Below are positions 28,919 to 38,797 of a stretch of DNA of 64,000 nucleotides, in pieces. This stretch comes from Burkholderiales bacterium (GTDB taxonomy: Bacteria > Pseudomonadota > Gammaproteobacteria > Burkholderiales > SG8-39). Position numbers and translations under genes: made by a program. The stretch lies in NCBI GenBank assembly GCA_036560705.1, contig DATBQR010000010.1, forward strand, positions 13,563-77,562, written 5' to 3'. Every line of letters starts with the position of its first letter. The first letter of the stretch is position 1. The notes under the pieces are model-generated. The model searched no databases, had not been told where the DNA came from, and worked only from the letters and a program-made list of their open reading frames with translations.

Positions 28919-29851
28919 ATGGACAGCGAAACATCCATCCGCGTGGCGGTGCTCGGCGCGGGCGCCGTGGGCTGCTTCTTCGGCGGCATGCTGGCGCGCG
29001 CGGGGCACAAGGTCACGCTGATCGGCCGGCCGGTCCACGTCGAGGCGTTCCGCAAAACCGGGCTGCACTTCGAGGGATTGAAGTTCGACGAGCATATTCC
29101 GGTCGAAGCCGGTACCGACGCGGCGGCGGTACGCGGCGCGCGCCTCGTCCTCTTCTGCGTGAAGTCCACCGATACGGAACGGGCCGCCGGGCAGATCGCG
29201 CCTTTCCTCGATGCCGACGCCGCCGTGGTGAACCTGCAGAACGGCGTGGACAACGTCGCGCGAATCGAGACCCGCATCTCCCGGCCGGTGGTTCCCGCGG
29301 TGGTCTATGTCGCGACCGAAATGGCGGGGCCGGGGCACCTCAGGCACCACGGCCGCGGCGACCTTGTTATTGGCGCCCTGGATGGAAAGGTTTCAAAAAA
29401 AACCCTCGAAGAAATAAAAAACCGGTTCGGGGCGGCAGATGTACCGGTCGCAATTTCCGACAACATCGCGGGTGAGCTGTGGGCCAAGCTGGTGCTGAAC
29501 TGCGCCTACAACGCGCTGTCGGCGATCGCGCAGCTGCCCTACGGGAAATTGATCGAGGGCGCCGGCGTGCGCGAGGTCATGCGCGACGTGGTCGGGGAAG
29601 CGCTGGCAGTGGCGAAGGCGAGCGGCGTGCAGATGGCGCCGGACATGCTCGAGCGCACCCTCAAGCTCGCGGCGGCGATGCCGACCCAGTATTCATCCAC
29701 CGCGCAGGACCTCGCGCGCGGCAAGCCCACGGAAATCGACCACCTGAACGGTTTCGTGGCGCGCAAGGGCGAAGCGCTGGGCGTGCCGACGCCGGCGAAC
29801 CGGGCGCTATGGTCCCTGGTGAAGCTGATCGAGGGAAAAGCGGTGGCCTAG
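28919..29851 (+). CDS. panE: 2-dehydropantoate 2-reductase
   Basis: 310 aa from ATG 28919 (track ORF trimmed). VAVLGAGAVGCFFGGMLA Rossmann N-terminus and the S..QD...G..TEID.LNG C-terminal block of ApbA/PanE. Confidence 0.8.
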   Translation: MDSETSIRVAVLGAGAVGCFFGGMLARAGHKVTLIGRPVHVEAFRKTGLHFEGLKFDEHIPVEAGTDAAAVRGARLVLFCVKSTDTERAAGQIAPFLDADAAVVNLQNGVDNVARIETRISRPVVPAVVYVATEMAGPGHLRHHGRGDLVIGALDGKVSKKTLEEIKNRFGAADVPVAISDNIAGELWAKLVLNCAYNALSAIAQLPYGKLIEGAGVREVMRDVVGEALAVAKASGVQMAPDMLERTLKLAAAMPTQYSSTAQDLARGKPTEIDHLNGFVARKGEALGVPTPANRALWSLVKLIEGKAVA

Positions 29852-30279
29852 CGCCGCGGGCTGCCGCCGTCAGGCCCGGCGGGATCGTCCGCCGGCCTGA
29901 AACCGGCGGCCCTCAGCGCGGCGTCGATCTGGACGCGGCGGAAACCCTTCGACACGACGCGCGGCCCGACCTGCACGATCGGCAGCACACCGCCCTTGCC
30001 CGCGGCCCACATGAAGCGGATCTTGTTGCCGAACGAATCCTCGACGTCGCGCTCGGTGTAGGGAATCTTCGAAGCGTCGAGGTGGCCGCGCAGCGCGGCG
30101 CAGTACTGGCACCACTGCGCGCCGTAGAACACCACCTGCCCCTCCGGCACGCGGCCTGGCCCGTAGTACCAGCGCGAACCGAGCAGCACCACCACCATCA
30201 CCGCGCCCATCGCCCACGCGCGTTTGTCGAACCACCACTTCGGCGCGTTGCGCAGGCTCCAGAAGCCCTCGTCGCTCAT
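29848..30279 (-). CDS. membrane-anchored glutaredoxin-like protein
   Basis: 143 aa from ATG 30279. One N-terminal TM helix, then VVFYGAQWCQYCAALR (CxxC) and a thioredoxin-fold-like remainder. Confidence 0.55.
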   Translation of the reverse strand: MSDEGFWSLRNAPKWWFDKRAWAMGAVMVVVLLGSRWYYGPGRVPEGQVVFYGAQWCQYCAALRGHLDASKIPYTERDVEDSFGNKIRFMWAAGKGGVLPIVQVGPRVVSKGFRRVQIDAALRAAGFRPADDPAGPDGGSPRR

Positions 30280-30281
30280 GC

Positions 30282-30590
30282 TCAGGCCGGCTGCAGGATG
30301 TGGATGGCGCGGCTGGCGATGAATTCCTTCGTTTTCGCCGCGTAGGCAGCCATGTGCGGGGCGGCGGCGTGCGCCCCCAGCGCCTCCATGCTCTCCCACT
30401 TCTCGATCACCAGGAAGGTATCCGGGCCGTAGGCGGTCTGGAATTTGAGCGCGGGCGCCGCATCCACTGCGGCGCCGTACTCGATGCAGCCCTTCTCGGC
30501 CCTGACCGCCGGGACATTGGCGCGGAAATGCGCCAGGATGGAATCGCGCTGGCCGGGCTTGGCGGTGATGACGGCGATGACATGGATCAT
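30282..30590 (-). CDS. antibiotic-biosynthesis-monooxygenase (ABM/Dabb) domain protein
   Basis: 102 aa from ATG 30590. VIAVITAKPG....F......V..EKGC..Y and EKWES.EAL.AH pattern. Confidence 0.7.
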   Translation of the reverse strand: MIHVIAVITAKPGQRDSILAHFRANVPAVRAEKGCIEYGAAVDAAPALKFQTAYGPDTFLVIEKWESMEALGAHAAAPHMAAYAAKTKEFIASRAIHILQPA

Positions 30591-30674
30591 TGGGACGGCT
30601 CCCCCACTCGGGCGGTTGCGGAAGCTTGACAATACCAGCATCGGAACCCACTCTTGCCCAAGGAGGAAACAAGC

Positions 30675-31652
30675 ATGCTCAAACATCCCCATCCGGCGCG
30701 CCGCACCCTGCTGCTGGGCAGCGCGGCAACGCTGCTGCTGCCGAAATTCGCGTTCGGCCAGGCGAAACCGCGGGTGCGCATCGGCGTGCCGACGAAGACC
30801 TATTTCCCGACCGTTATCGCCGAGACGGCGATCCGGCAGAAGCTGTTCGACAAGGAAGGCATCGACGCGGAGCTGACGATCTACCGCAGCGGCGCGGAGG
30901 GCTTCGAGGCGCTCGCCGCCGGCGCCGCCGACCTGATCTACAACTCCTCCTCCAGCGTGGCGGCCGGCCTGCTCAAGGGCGTGAAGTGCAAGTGCGTCGG
31001 CAACGGCGCGCTCGGCTACTACGGCTGGCACATGGTGGTGAAGCCGGATTCGCCGATCAAGAAACTCTCCGAGCTCGCCGGCAAGAAGGTGGGCATCACC
31101 TCCGCCGGCTCCGGCTCGGACATCCTCGCGCGCTGGACGCTGGCGGACCAGAAGATCGAGTTCACCCGCGTGCCGCTGGGCGGCGGCGGCCTGGTGCCGA
31201 ACCTGCTGACGGGCAACGTGGACGCCACGGTGCTCTATTCGCCGCTCACCTTCCAGGTGATGCAGGCGAAGCAGGCGCGCTCCATCGCCGATTTCGGCGA
31301 ACTGGTGCCGGCGCATTCGACCGGCAGCTGGATCGCCACCGACAAGCTGATCGCCGAGCGCCCGCAGGCGCTGCAGAAGACGCTGAACGCGCTGTACGGC
31401 GGAGTCGCCTTCCTGCGCGCGCCGAAGAACCGGGCGGTCGCCGTGAAGCTGATCGCCGAGATCAACGAGATTCCCGACGCCATCGCGGCGGCCGAACTGG
31501 ACGGCAACATCGTCAAGCTCTCGACCAACGGCGAATTCCGCAAGGAATGGATGGACCGCGCGCTCGACATGGCACGGCTGATCGGCATGACCAGCCTCGC
31601 GCCGGTGAACGACATCTACGTCACCACCTTCAGTCCGGTCCCGACGGCGTAG
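30675..31652 (+). CDS. ABC transporter substrate-binding protein (NMT1/NitT-TauT family)
   Basis: 325 aa from ATG 30675, preceded by AAGGAGGA. Twin-arginine-like leader (HPARRTLLLGSAATLLLPKFAFG). Confidence 0.8.
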   Translation: MLKHPHPARRTLLLGSAATLLLPKFAFGQAKPRVRIGVPTKTYFPTVIAETAIRQKLFDKEGIDAELTIYRSGAEGFEALAAGAADLIYNSSSSVAAGLLKGVKCKCVGNGALGYYGWHMVVKPDSPIKKLSELAGKKVGITSAGSGSDILARWTLADQKIEFTRVPLGGGGLVPNLLTGNVDATVLYSPLTFQVMQAKQARSIADFGELVPAHSTGSWIATDKLIAERPQALQKTLNALYGGVAFLRAPKNRAVAVKLIAEINEIPDAIAAAELDGNIVKLSTNGEFRKEWMDRALDMARLIGMTSLAPVNDIYVTTFSPVPTA

Positions 31653-32395
31653 TGAAAATAGTCGCTGTACGCCTGGCGCTGCTGGCGCTGGTGCTGGCGG
31701 CGTGGGAATTGCTGCCGCGCCACGGCATCGTCAATCCGCTGCTGCTTCCCCCGCTGAGCGACGTGCTGCGGGCGCTGGGCGATCAGCTGTTGCGCCCGCA
31801 GGTGCACGAGGCGATCGCCGTGACGGCCGCCGAGGTGATGCTCGCCTTTGCGATCGCCGTGCCGCTGGGCGCGGCGTTGGGGGTGCTGATCGCCGAGAGC
31901 GAATACCTCGGCCAGGTGTTCAAGCCGCTGCTGTTCTACGTGTTCAGCATTCCGAAGTCGATTTTCCTGCCGATGTTCATCCTCGTCTTCGGCATCAGCT
32001 TCGCGCAGAAGGTCGCCTACGCCTCCTTCACCACCACCTTCGTGGTGCTGATGAGCGCGGCGACGGCGGTCGAGTCGGTCAAGCAAGACTACCTGCTGGT
32101 GGCGCGCTCCTACGGCGCGACGCGCACGCAGGTCCTGCTGCGCGTCTACGTGCCGAGCATGATGCCGCTGCTGCTGGAGGCGCTGCGCATCTCGATGATC
32201 TTCAATTTCACCGGCGTGATGATCGCGGAGATGTACGCCTCGCGCACCGGCATCGGCCACTTGATCGCCGGCTGGGGGGAGAACTTCCAGATGACGCAGC
32301 TGTTCGCCGGCGTCATCGTGCTCGCCGCGGTGGCGATCCTCTTCAACGAGGCGGTACGCTGGATGGAAACGCGGGTGAGCGCATGGCGGGCGTGA
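31652..32395 (+). CDS. ABC transporter permease (NitT/TauT family)
   Basis: 247 aa from GTG 31652 (overlaps the SBP TAG by 1 nt), the tail of track ORF 30590..32395. EAA-loop-like ARSYGATRTQVLLRVYVPSMMP. Confidence 0.8.
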   Translation: MKIVAVRLALLALVLAAWELLPRHGIVNPLLLPPLSDVLRALGDQLLRPQVHEAIAVTAAEVMLAFAIAVPLGAALGVLIAESEYLGQVFKPLLFYVFSIPKSIFLPMFILVFGISFAQKVAYASFTTTFVVLMSAATAVESVKQDYLLVARSYGATRTQVLLRVYVPSMMPLLLEALRISMIFNFTGVMIAEMYASRTGIGHLIAGWGENFQMTQLFAGVIVLAAVAILFNEAVRWMETRVSAWRA

Positions 32396-33147
32396 TCCAC
32401 GCTATTGAAGTGGAGGGATTGAGTCATGTCTACGGAGGTGCCGTCTCCGCCCTCGAAAACATCTCCTTCAGCGTTGCCGCCGGCCGCTTCACGGTCATCG
32501 TCGGCCCGAGCGGCTGCGGCAAGACTTCGCTCCTCATGATGCTCGCGGGACTGCGCGCGCAGAGCCAGGGCACCATCCTCTGCCAGGGCCGGCCGATTCC
32601 CGGTCCCGATCCGCAGCGCGTCGGCGTGATATTCCAGGAGGCGAGCCTGTATCCCTGGCTCACGGCGGTCGAGAACATCGAATTCCCGCTCAGCCTGCGC
32701 GGCACGCCGAAGAACGAGCGCCGCAAGCGCGCCGGGGCGATGCTCGAACTGGTCGGCCTGGCCGGCTTCGGCGAACGCTATCCGCACGAGCTTTCCGGCG
32801 GCATGAAGCAGCGCGTGTCCATCGCGCGGGGCCTCGTGCAGGACCCGCCGGTGCTGCTGATGGACGAGCCCTTCGCCGCGCTGGACGAGCAGACGCGCAT
32901 GACCATGGGCCACGAGCTGCTGCGCATCTGGTCCACCACGTCGAAAACGGTCGTCTTCATCACCCACAGCCTGACCGAGGCCGTCTACCTGGCGGACGAA
33001 GTGCTGGTGATGTCGGCAAGGCCCGGCAGGATCATCGACCGCATCGCCGTGCCGCTGCCGCGCCCGCGCAGCTACGACATGATGGCGACGGATGTGTTCG
33101 GGCGATTACGCGACCGTATCTGGCAGCAGATCAGGAAGACGCCGTGA
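32383..33147 (+). CDS. ABC transporter ATP-binding protein
   Basis: 254 aa from ATG 32383. Walker A GPSGCGKTS, signature LSGGMKQR, Walker B LLMDEPF. Confidence 0.9.
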   Translation: MAGVIHAIEVEGLSHVYGGAVSALENISFSVAAGRFTVIVGPSGCGKTSLLMMLAGLRAQSQGTILCQGRPIPGPDPQRVGVIFQEASLYPWLTAVENIEFPLSLRGTPKNERRKRAGAMLELVGLAGFGERYPHELSGGMKQRVSIARGLVQDPPVLLMDEPFAALDEQTRMTMGHELLRIWSTTSKTVVFITHSLTEAVYLADEVLVMSARPGRIIDRIAVPLPRPRSYDMMATDVFGRLRDRIWQQIRKTP

Positions 33148-33917
33148 AACGCCCGGCACCCGTCAACGTTCGCCGCGGGATGCTCGTCATCTTCCTTCTG
33201 CTGTGGGAACTGGTGCCGAGAACCGGACTGCTGCCCGAACTGTTCCTGCCCTCCCTCTCGAGCACGCTCGACGTGCTCTACCAGGACTGGCGCATCTATG
33301 CGGCGGCGCTGTGGGTCACGCTGTACGAGGTTGCGCTGGCAATGCTCATCGCCTGCGCGGGCGGCATCGCCGCCGGCGCCGTGGTCGGCGGCATCGCGCG
33401 GCTGCGCCAGCTGCTGCTGCCGGTGTTCTCCAGCCTCTACGCGGTGCCGATCGTGATCCTCTACCCGGTGTTCACCGCCTGGTTCGGCGTCGGCTCCGAA
33501 TCGAAGGTCGCTTTCGCCGGCATCTACGCGTTTTTCCCGGTGATGCTGTCGACCGCGGCGGGCATCCGCACCATCGACCCGCAGTTCCTGCTCGCGGCGC
33601 GCAGCATGGGCGCGACGCTGACGCAGCAGGTCACGCGCGTGATCATCCCCGCCTCGCTGCCCACCGTGTTCGCCGGCCTGCGCCTCGGCGGCGCGCTGGC
33701 GATCATCGGCGTGGTGGTGGCGGAGATGCTGACCGCGGCGGCGGGCATCGGCTACCTGGTGACGCTCAACCGCACCATCCTCGACAGCCCGCGCGTGTTC
33801 GCCGCGCTGCTGATGATCCTCATCCTGTCGGTCGCGTACTACCTGCTGGCGCGCGCGGTCGAGAGCCGCTTCATCGTCTGGCAGTCAGCCGGCAAGGAAC
33901 TGCCGTCGACGGTCTGA
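33144..33917 (+). CDS. ABC transporter permease (second permease)
   Basis: 257 aa. ATGA-type overlap with the ATPase stop. EAA loop ARSMGATLTQQVTRVIIPASLP. Confidence 0.85.
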   Translation: MKRPAPVNVRRGMLVIFLLLWELVPRTGLLPELFLPSLSSTLDVLYQDWRIYAAALWVTLYEVALAMLIACAGGIAAGAVVGGIARLRQLLLPVFSSLYAVPIVILYPVFTAWFGVGSESKVAFAGIYAFFPVMLSTAAGIRTIDPQFLLAARSMGATLTQQVTRVIIPASLPTVFAGLRLGGALAIIGVVVAEMLTAAAGIGYLVTLNRTILDSPRVFAALLMILILSVAYYLLARAVESRFIVWQSAGKELPSTV

Positions 33918-33934
33918 ATCCGAAAGGAATGCCC

Positions 33935-34975
33935 ATGCCGCTCCCCAAGCACCTCCTGCCCACCACCGTGGTCGGCAGCTATCCGCAGCCCGACTGGCTG
34001 GTGAACCGGCCGATGCTGTCGAAAGTCGTGCCGCGCACGCGCCTGACGGAGATCTGGCGCATCCCCGCGGAATTCCTCGAGCAGGCGCAGGACGACGCCA
34101 CGCTGCTCGCTATCCGCGACATGGAGCGCGCCGGCATCGACATCATCACCGACGGCGAGATGCGCCGCGAAAGCTATTCCAACCGCTTCGCCACCGCGCT
34201 GGAAGGCCTGGACCTCGACAAACCGGGCCAGGTGAAGACGCGCTCGGGCCAGATGACGCCGGTGCCGCGCGTGGTCGGCAGGATCCGCCGCGGCGGGCCG
34301 GTCGAACTGCGCGACATGCAGTTCCTGCGCGCCAATACCGGCCTTCCAGCCAAAATCACCCTGCCCGGCCCGTTCACCATGGGGCAGCAGGCGAAGAACG
34401 AGTTCTACAAGGACGACGAGGAAATGGCGATGGACTTCGCCGCGGCGGTCAACGCCGAGGCGCTCGACCTGCAGAAAGCGGGTGCCGACGTCATCCAGCT
34501 GGATGAGCCGTGGCTGCGCAACGACCCCGAGGCGGCGAAGCGCTATGCCGTCAAAGCGATCAACCGCGCGCTGCAGGGAATCAGCGTGCCGACGGTGGTG
34601 CACCTCTGCTTCGGTTACGCCGCGGTCGTCCCTGGCGCGAGCAAGCCGACCGGCTACTCCTTCCTGCCGGGACTCGCCGACAGCATCGCGCAGCAGATTT
34701 CCATCGAGGCGGCGCAGCCGAAGCTGGACCTGGGCGTGCTGAAGGACCTCGCCGGCAAGAAAATCATGCTCGGCGTGCTCGATCTCGGCGACAACACCGT
34801 CGAGACGCCGGAACTGGTGGCGCAGCGCATTCGCGCCGGACTGAAGTATTTGAAACCGGAGAACCTCATTCCCGCGCCCGACTGCGGCATGAAGTACATG
34901 CCGCGCGAAGTCGCTTTCGGCAAACTCAAGGCGCTGGTGGAGGGCGCCGCTATCGTGCGGCGGGAAATTTCCTGA
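33935..34975 (+). CDS. half-size MetE C-terminal-barrel-like Zn alkyltransferase (second paralog)
   Basis: 346 aa (ATG 33935; alternative ATG 33929). TDGEMRR, IQLDEP, HLCFGYA (HxC), SIEAAQ (Glu) and PDCGM (Cys). No N-terminal MetE barrel. Confidence 0.8.
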   Translation: MPLPKHLLPTTVVGSYPQPDWLVNRPMLSKVVPRTRLTEIWRIPAEFLEQAQDDATLLAIRDMERAGIDIITDGEMRRESYSNRFATALEGLDLDKPGQVKTRSGQMTPVPRVVGRIRRGGPVELRDMQFLRANTGLPAKITLPGPFTMGQQAKNEFYKDDEEMAMDFAAAVNAEALDLQKAGADVIQLDEPWLRNDPEAAKRYAVKAINRALQGISVPTVVHLCFGYAAVVPGASKPTGYSFLPGLADSIAQQISIEAAQPKLDLGVLKDLAGKKIMLGVLDLGDNTVETPELVAQRIRAGLKYLKPENLIPAPDCGMKYMPREVAFGKLKALVEGAAIVRREIS

Positions 34976-35001
34976 TCGCGCCCTGATTTACTCGCTGCGG
35001 A

Positions 35002-35973
35002 TTACTCGGTACGGGCGCCCGAGGTCTTGATGACCTTCGCCCACTTTTCGGTTTCGCTTTTCAGCAGCGCGGTGAATTCCTGCGGCGTGCTGGACTGGAT
35101 TTCGAAACCGAGCGCAGCGAGCCGTTCGCGCACCTCCGGCGCCTGCAGCGCCTTTGCAGTCTCCGCGTTCAGGCGCGCCACGATGTCGGGCGGCGTGCCC
35201 GCGGGCGCCATCAGGCCGAACCAGTTGCTCGCTTCGAAACCGGGCAGCCCGGATTCCGCGATCGTAGGCGTATCCGGCATCGCCGAAGAACGTTTCGCGC
35301 TGGTGACGGCCAGCAGGCGCAGGCGGTCCGCCTTGACCAGCGGCACCACCGAGGGCAGCACCGGGATGTAGATGGACACCTGCCCGGCGAGCAGGTCGGC
35401 GATCGCCGGCTGGCCGCCCTTGTAGGGAACATGGAGCAAGTCGACGCCCGCCATGATCTTGAAGAGTTCTCCGGCGAGATGCGCGCTGCTGCCGACGCCG
35501 AACGAAGCGTAGGTCAGCTGCCCGGGCTTCGCCTTCGCGAGCGCGATCAGCTCGCGGATGTTTTTCGCCGGCAGCGACGGCAGGCTGACAATGCCGTCGG
35601 GGACCCAGGCCAGCAGGCTGATGTGCGCGAAATCGCGCAGGCTGTCGAACGGCATTTTCGCCTGCAGCGTGGCGTTGATCGCATGGCCGGTGATGTTGTC
35701 GACGAGCAGGGTGTAGCCGTCCGGCGCCGATTTGGCGGCGGCCTCGGAGCCGATGATGCCGTTCGCTCCCGCCCGGTTGTCGATCAGCACGGGCTGCGCC
35801 AGGTTCTCGGCGAGCTTCTGGCCGAGAGCGCGCGCGAGGATATCCACCGTGCCGGTCGGCGGCCAGGGCGCGATCAGGTGGATGGGCTTGGCGGGATAGC
35901 CCTGCCCGAAGCAAGTCAGCGCAGTGAAGGAAAGCGCGGCGCCGGCCGCGCAAAATATCTTCTTCGCGTTCAT
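35002..35973 (-). CDS. Bug/TctC-family substrate-binding protein
   Basis: 323 aa. Signal peptide, then GYPAKPIHLIAPWPPTGTVD. Confidence 0.9.
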   Translation of the reverse strand: MNAKKIFCAAGAALSFTALTCFGQGYPAKPIHLIAPWPPTGTVDILARALGQKLAENLAQPVLIDNRAGANGIIGSEAAAKSAPDGYTLLVDNITGHAINATLQAKMPFDSLRDFAHISLLAWVPDGIVSLPSLPAKNIRELIALAKAKPGQLTYASFGVGSSAHLAGELFKIMAGVDLLHVPYKGGQPAIADLLAGQVSIYIPVLPSVVPLVKADRLRLLAVTSAKRSSAMPDTPTIAESGLPGFEASNWFGLMAPAGTPPDIVARLNAETAKALQAPEVRERLAALGFEIQSSTPQEFTALLKSETEKWAKVIKTSGARTE

Positions 35974-36932
35974 CCGACTTTCTCGAGTTTCTGCAGCGAG
36001 CGCATGCCTTTCGGGATCGGCGTGTCCGGGAAAGACTTGGGAAAATCAGTGTAGCTCACCTCGCCGACGTAGATGTCGCCGCGCGAATCGACGGCGATGC
36101 CGTGCGGCGCGATGAATTTTCCCGCCTCCAGGCCGGGGCCGTCCTGGCCGCCGAGCCGCGCGATCAGCCTGCCCTTGCCGTCGACGATGGAGACGCGCGG
36201 CCCGATGTTCGGGACATTCCGGTTCACCGGCATCGCCGGCCCCAGTTCGCCGATGATGAATTGCGGCTGCGGTCCTCGGCAGCAGTACAGCCCGCAGGGC
36301 CGATGCAGGTTGAACCACTGCGTCTCGTACTTGCCGTTGCCGTCGAACACCTGCACGCGATGGTTTTCGCGGTCGGCGACGTAGACCCAGCCTTCCTCGT
36401 CGGTGACGACGTTGTGCACGATGTTGAACTCGCCTTCGCCGGTACCGGGCTCGCCCCAGGACAGAATGCGCTTGCCGTCCGGAGAATACTTGTGCACCTT
36501 GGCATTGCCGTAGCCGTCGCTGACGTAGATCTCGCCCTTCGGCGACAGCGCGGTGTGGGTGCAGCGGTGGAAGGGTTCGCCGCTCATGTACGGTGCCGGC
36601 TTGCCGGGCACGCCGAGCTCCAGCAGCACCTTGCCGTCGGTCGTGCACTTCCTCACCACGTGGCCGCCGTCGTCGGTGAGATACAGAATGTCGTTGGCAT
36701 CGATGTGCAGGCCGTGCGCGCGCGGATACGCGCCCTCGCCCCAGGAGCGCAGGAAATTGCCGTCGCGGTCGAACACCATCATCGGATGCTCGCCGCGGTT
36801 GAAAACGTAGACGCGGTCCTTGCTGTCGCAGGCGACCGCCGCCGCGTCCTTGAACTCCCAGCCTTCGGGCAGCTTCGCCCAGTTCTCCACCACGCGGTAG
36901 CGGTGCTCGCCGCTGCCCAGTATTACCGGCAT
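35970..36932 (-). CDS. NHL-repeat six-bladed beta-propeller protein (peptidyl-alpha-hydroxyglycine lyase/SMP-30-like)
   Basis: 320 aa from ATG 36932, the tail of track ORF 35970..38213. Repeated G....P.GI.VD..G.IYV.D motifs. No signal peptide. Confidence 0.75.
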   Translation of the reverse strand: MPVILGSGEHRYRVVENWAKLPEGWEFKDAAAVACDSKDRVYVFNRGEHPMMVFDRDGNFLRSWGEGAYPRAHGLHIDANDILYLTDDGGHVVRKCTTDGKVLLELGVPGKPAPYMSGEPFHRCTHTALSPKGEIYVSDGYGNAKVHKYSPDGKRILSWGEPGTGEGEFNIVHNVVTDEEGWVYVADRENHRVQVFDGNGKYETQWFNLHRPCGLYCCRGPQPQFIIGELGPAMPVNRNVPNIGPRVSIVDGKGRLIARLGGQDGPGLEAGKFIAPHGIAVDSRGDIYVGEVSYTDFPKSFPDTPIPKGMRSLQKLEKVG

Positions 36933-36985
36933 CCGATGCCTCCCCGAAATCAAGCCTCCAAGAGTAGCCGAACGCGCACGGCGGC

Positions 36986-38281
36986 TTACAAGAGGCCCGC
37001 GAGGCGCGGCAGCCACAGGCAGGTGGCGGGAACCGCCGAGACGACGGCGAGCGCGACGATGTTGACGGCGATGAACGGCAGCACGGCGCGGATCACTTCC
37101 GAGAGATCGCATTCGGCGACGCGCGCGGAGGCGAATAGCGACACGCCGAGCGGCGGCGTGAGCAGGCCGATGTTGAGGTTGAGGATCGTCACCACGCCGA
37201 AGTGCAGCGGATGGATGCCCGCGGCCTCGGCCGCCGGCGCGAGGATCGGCGCAAACAGGATGATCGAGGCCGACGGGTCGATGAACATGCCGAGGAAGAG
37301 CAGAAAGAGATTTGCCACAAGCAGCGTGCCCCAGGGCCCGAGGTTCCAGGCCTTCACGAGATCCGCCACGCGCGCCGTCGTGTTCTCGAAGCCCAGCACC
37401 CACGCGAACGCCGCGCCGCAGGCGACGATGATGATGAGCTGCCCGCTGAAGGCCGACACGCGGTTGAGGATCTCCGGCATGCGCGAGAGCTTCATCGAGC
37501 GGTAGATCACGAACGCGCAGGCAGCCGCGTAGGCGACCGAGGCGCCCGCGGCCTCGGTCGGCGTCATGATGCCGCCGAGGATGCTCGCGAGGATCAGCAC
37601 CGGCATGCCGAGCGGCAGCAGGGCGCCCCAGCCCGCCTTCGCGATCTCCGGCAGCGAGCGGTCGCTCGGCGCGGCGCGGATGCCGAGCCGGCGCGCGATG
37701 CGGGCGATGAGCAGCATGTTGGCGAGGCCGATCAGCAGGCCCGGCACCACCGCGGCGGCGAACATGCCGCCGATGGAAACATTGGTGACCGAGCCGTAGA
37801 TGATGATCGGCAGCGACGGCGGGATGGTGGGGCCGATGATCGAAGCCGAGGCGATGATCGCCGCCGCGAGCGGCGCCGGATAGCCCTCGCGCACCATCGC
37901 CGGGATGAAGATGCGCCCCAGCGCCGCGATCTCGCCGAGCGCCACGCCGGTGATGCCGGAAAAGAAGATCGCCGCGCCCACCGCCACCTGCGCGATGCCG
38001 CCGCGGATCCAGCCGAACAGCTTGTCCGCGAAAACCACGAGCCGCGCCGTGATGCCGCCCTCGGAGAAGATCTCGCCCGCCAGCAGGAACATGGGGATCG
38101 CGACCAGCACGAACGCGTCCATGCCCTGGAAGATTTTTTCGGGCAGCACCGGGATGAGCGCCCACTGGCCGGAAACCGCGAGGTACACGAGCGCGGCGAA
38201 TCCCATCGACCACGCCACCGGCATGCCGAGCAGCAGCGCGACCACGAAGACGGCGAGAAACGCCGCGAGCGCGATGCTCAC
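36986..38281 (-). CDS. TRAP transporter large permease (DctM-type)
   Basis: 431 aa, GTG start. Polytopic, with the typical DctM N-terminus LLLGMPVAWSMGFAAL. Confidence 0.9.
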   Translation of the reverse strand: MSIALAAFLAVFVVALLLGMPVAWSMGFAALVYLAVSGQWALIPVLPEKIFQGMDAFVLVAIPMFLLAGEIFSEGGITARLVVFADKLFGWIRGGIAQVAVGAAIFFSGITGVALGEIAALGRIFIPAMVREGYPAPLAAAIIASASIIGPTIPPSLPIIIYGSVTNVSIGGMFAAAVVPGLLIGLANMLLIARIARRLGIRAAPSDRSLPEIAKAGWGALLPLGMPVLILASILGGIMTPTEAAGASVAYAAACAFVIYRSMKLSRMPEILNRVSAFSGQLIIIVACGAAFAWVLGFENTTARVADLVKAWNLGPWGTLLVANLFLLFLGMFIDPSASIILFAPILAPAAEAAGIHPLHFGVVTILNLNIGLLTPPLGVSLFASARVAECDLSEVIRAVLPFIAVNIVALAVVSAVPATCLWLPRLAGLL

Positions 38282-38323
38282 GGGCGCTCCTGCGTCGCTT
38301 TCACGCGCACTCCCGCGCGACCT

Positions 38324-38779
38324 TCACGTGCGGCCCTTGCCGCGCCACAGGCGCTCGGCGAGGAAAAGCGCGGCGGCGGCGAAGCCCACCGGCACGGCCA
38401 CCAGCAGCCAGGACATCGGCCACTGCAACGCCACCGTGCGCATGGCATCGTTGAACTTCACCGCCTCGACGCCCGCGCCCGCCATGACGAGGAAGAACAG
38501 CAGCGTGGCGAGGTCGATCAGCAGGAACCACGCGCGCCGCAGGCGGGGCGGCAGCAGATCGGCGAGGAACTCGACGCGGATGTGCTGGTTCCCGCGCACC
38601 GACACGGCGGCCCCGCAGAGCACGGTCCAGACGAGGAGGATGCGGCAGGCCTCCTCGCTCCAGACGGGCGTGATGCTGAAACCGTAGCGCAGCACCACCT
38701 GCGCGAACACGCCCACCGCCAGCACCGCGAGGCAGGCGGAGGCGATGAAAGCGAGCGAGCGCTCGATCCGCTCCAGCAT
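38324..38779 (-). CDS. TRAP transporter small permease (DctQ-type)
   Basis: 151 aa, four hydrophobic helices, positioned between the DctP and DctM genes. Confidence 0.8.
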   Translation of the reverse strand: MLERIERSLAFIASACLAVLAVGVFAQVVLRYGFSITPVWSEEACRILLVWTVLCGAAVSVRGNQHIRVEFLADLLPPRLRRAWFLLIDLATLLFFLVMAGAGVEAVKFNDAMRTVALQWPMSWLLVAVPVGFAAAALFLAERLWRGKGRT

Positions 38780-38797
38780 GGCGCTGCCCGCCCGCCG

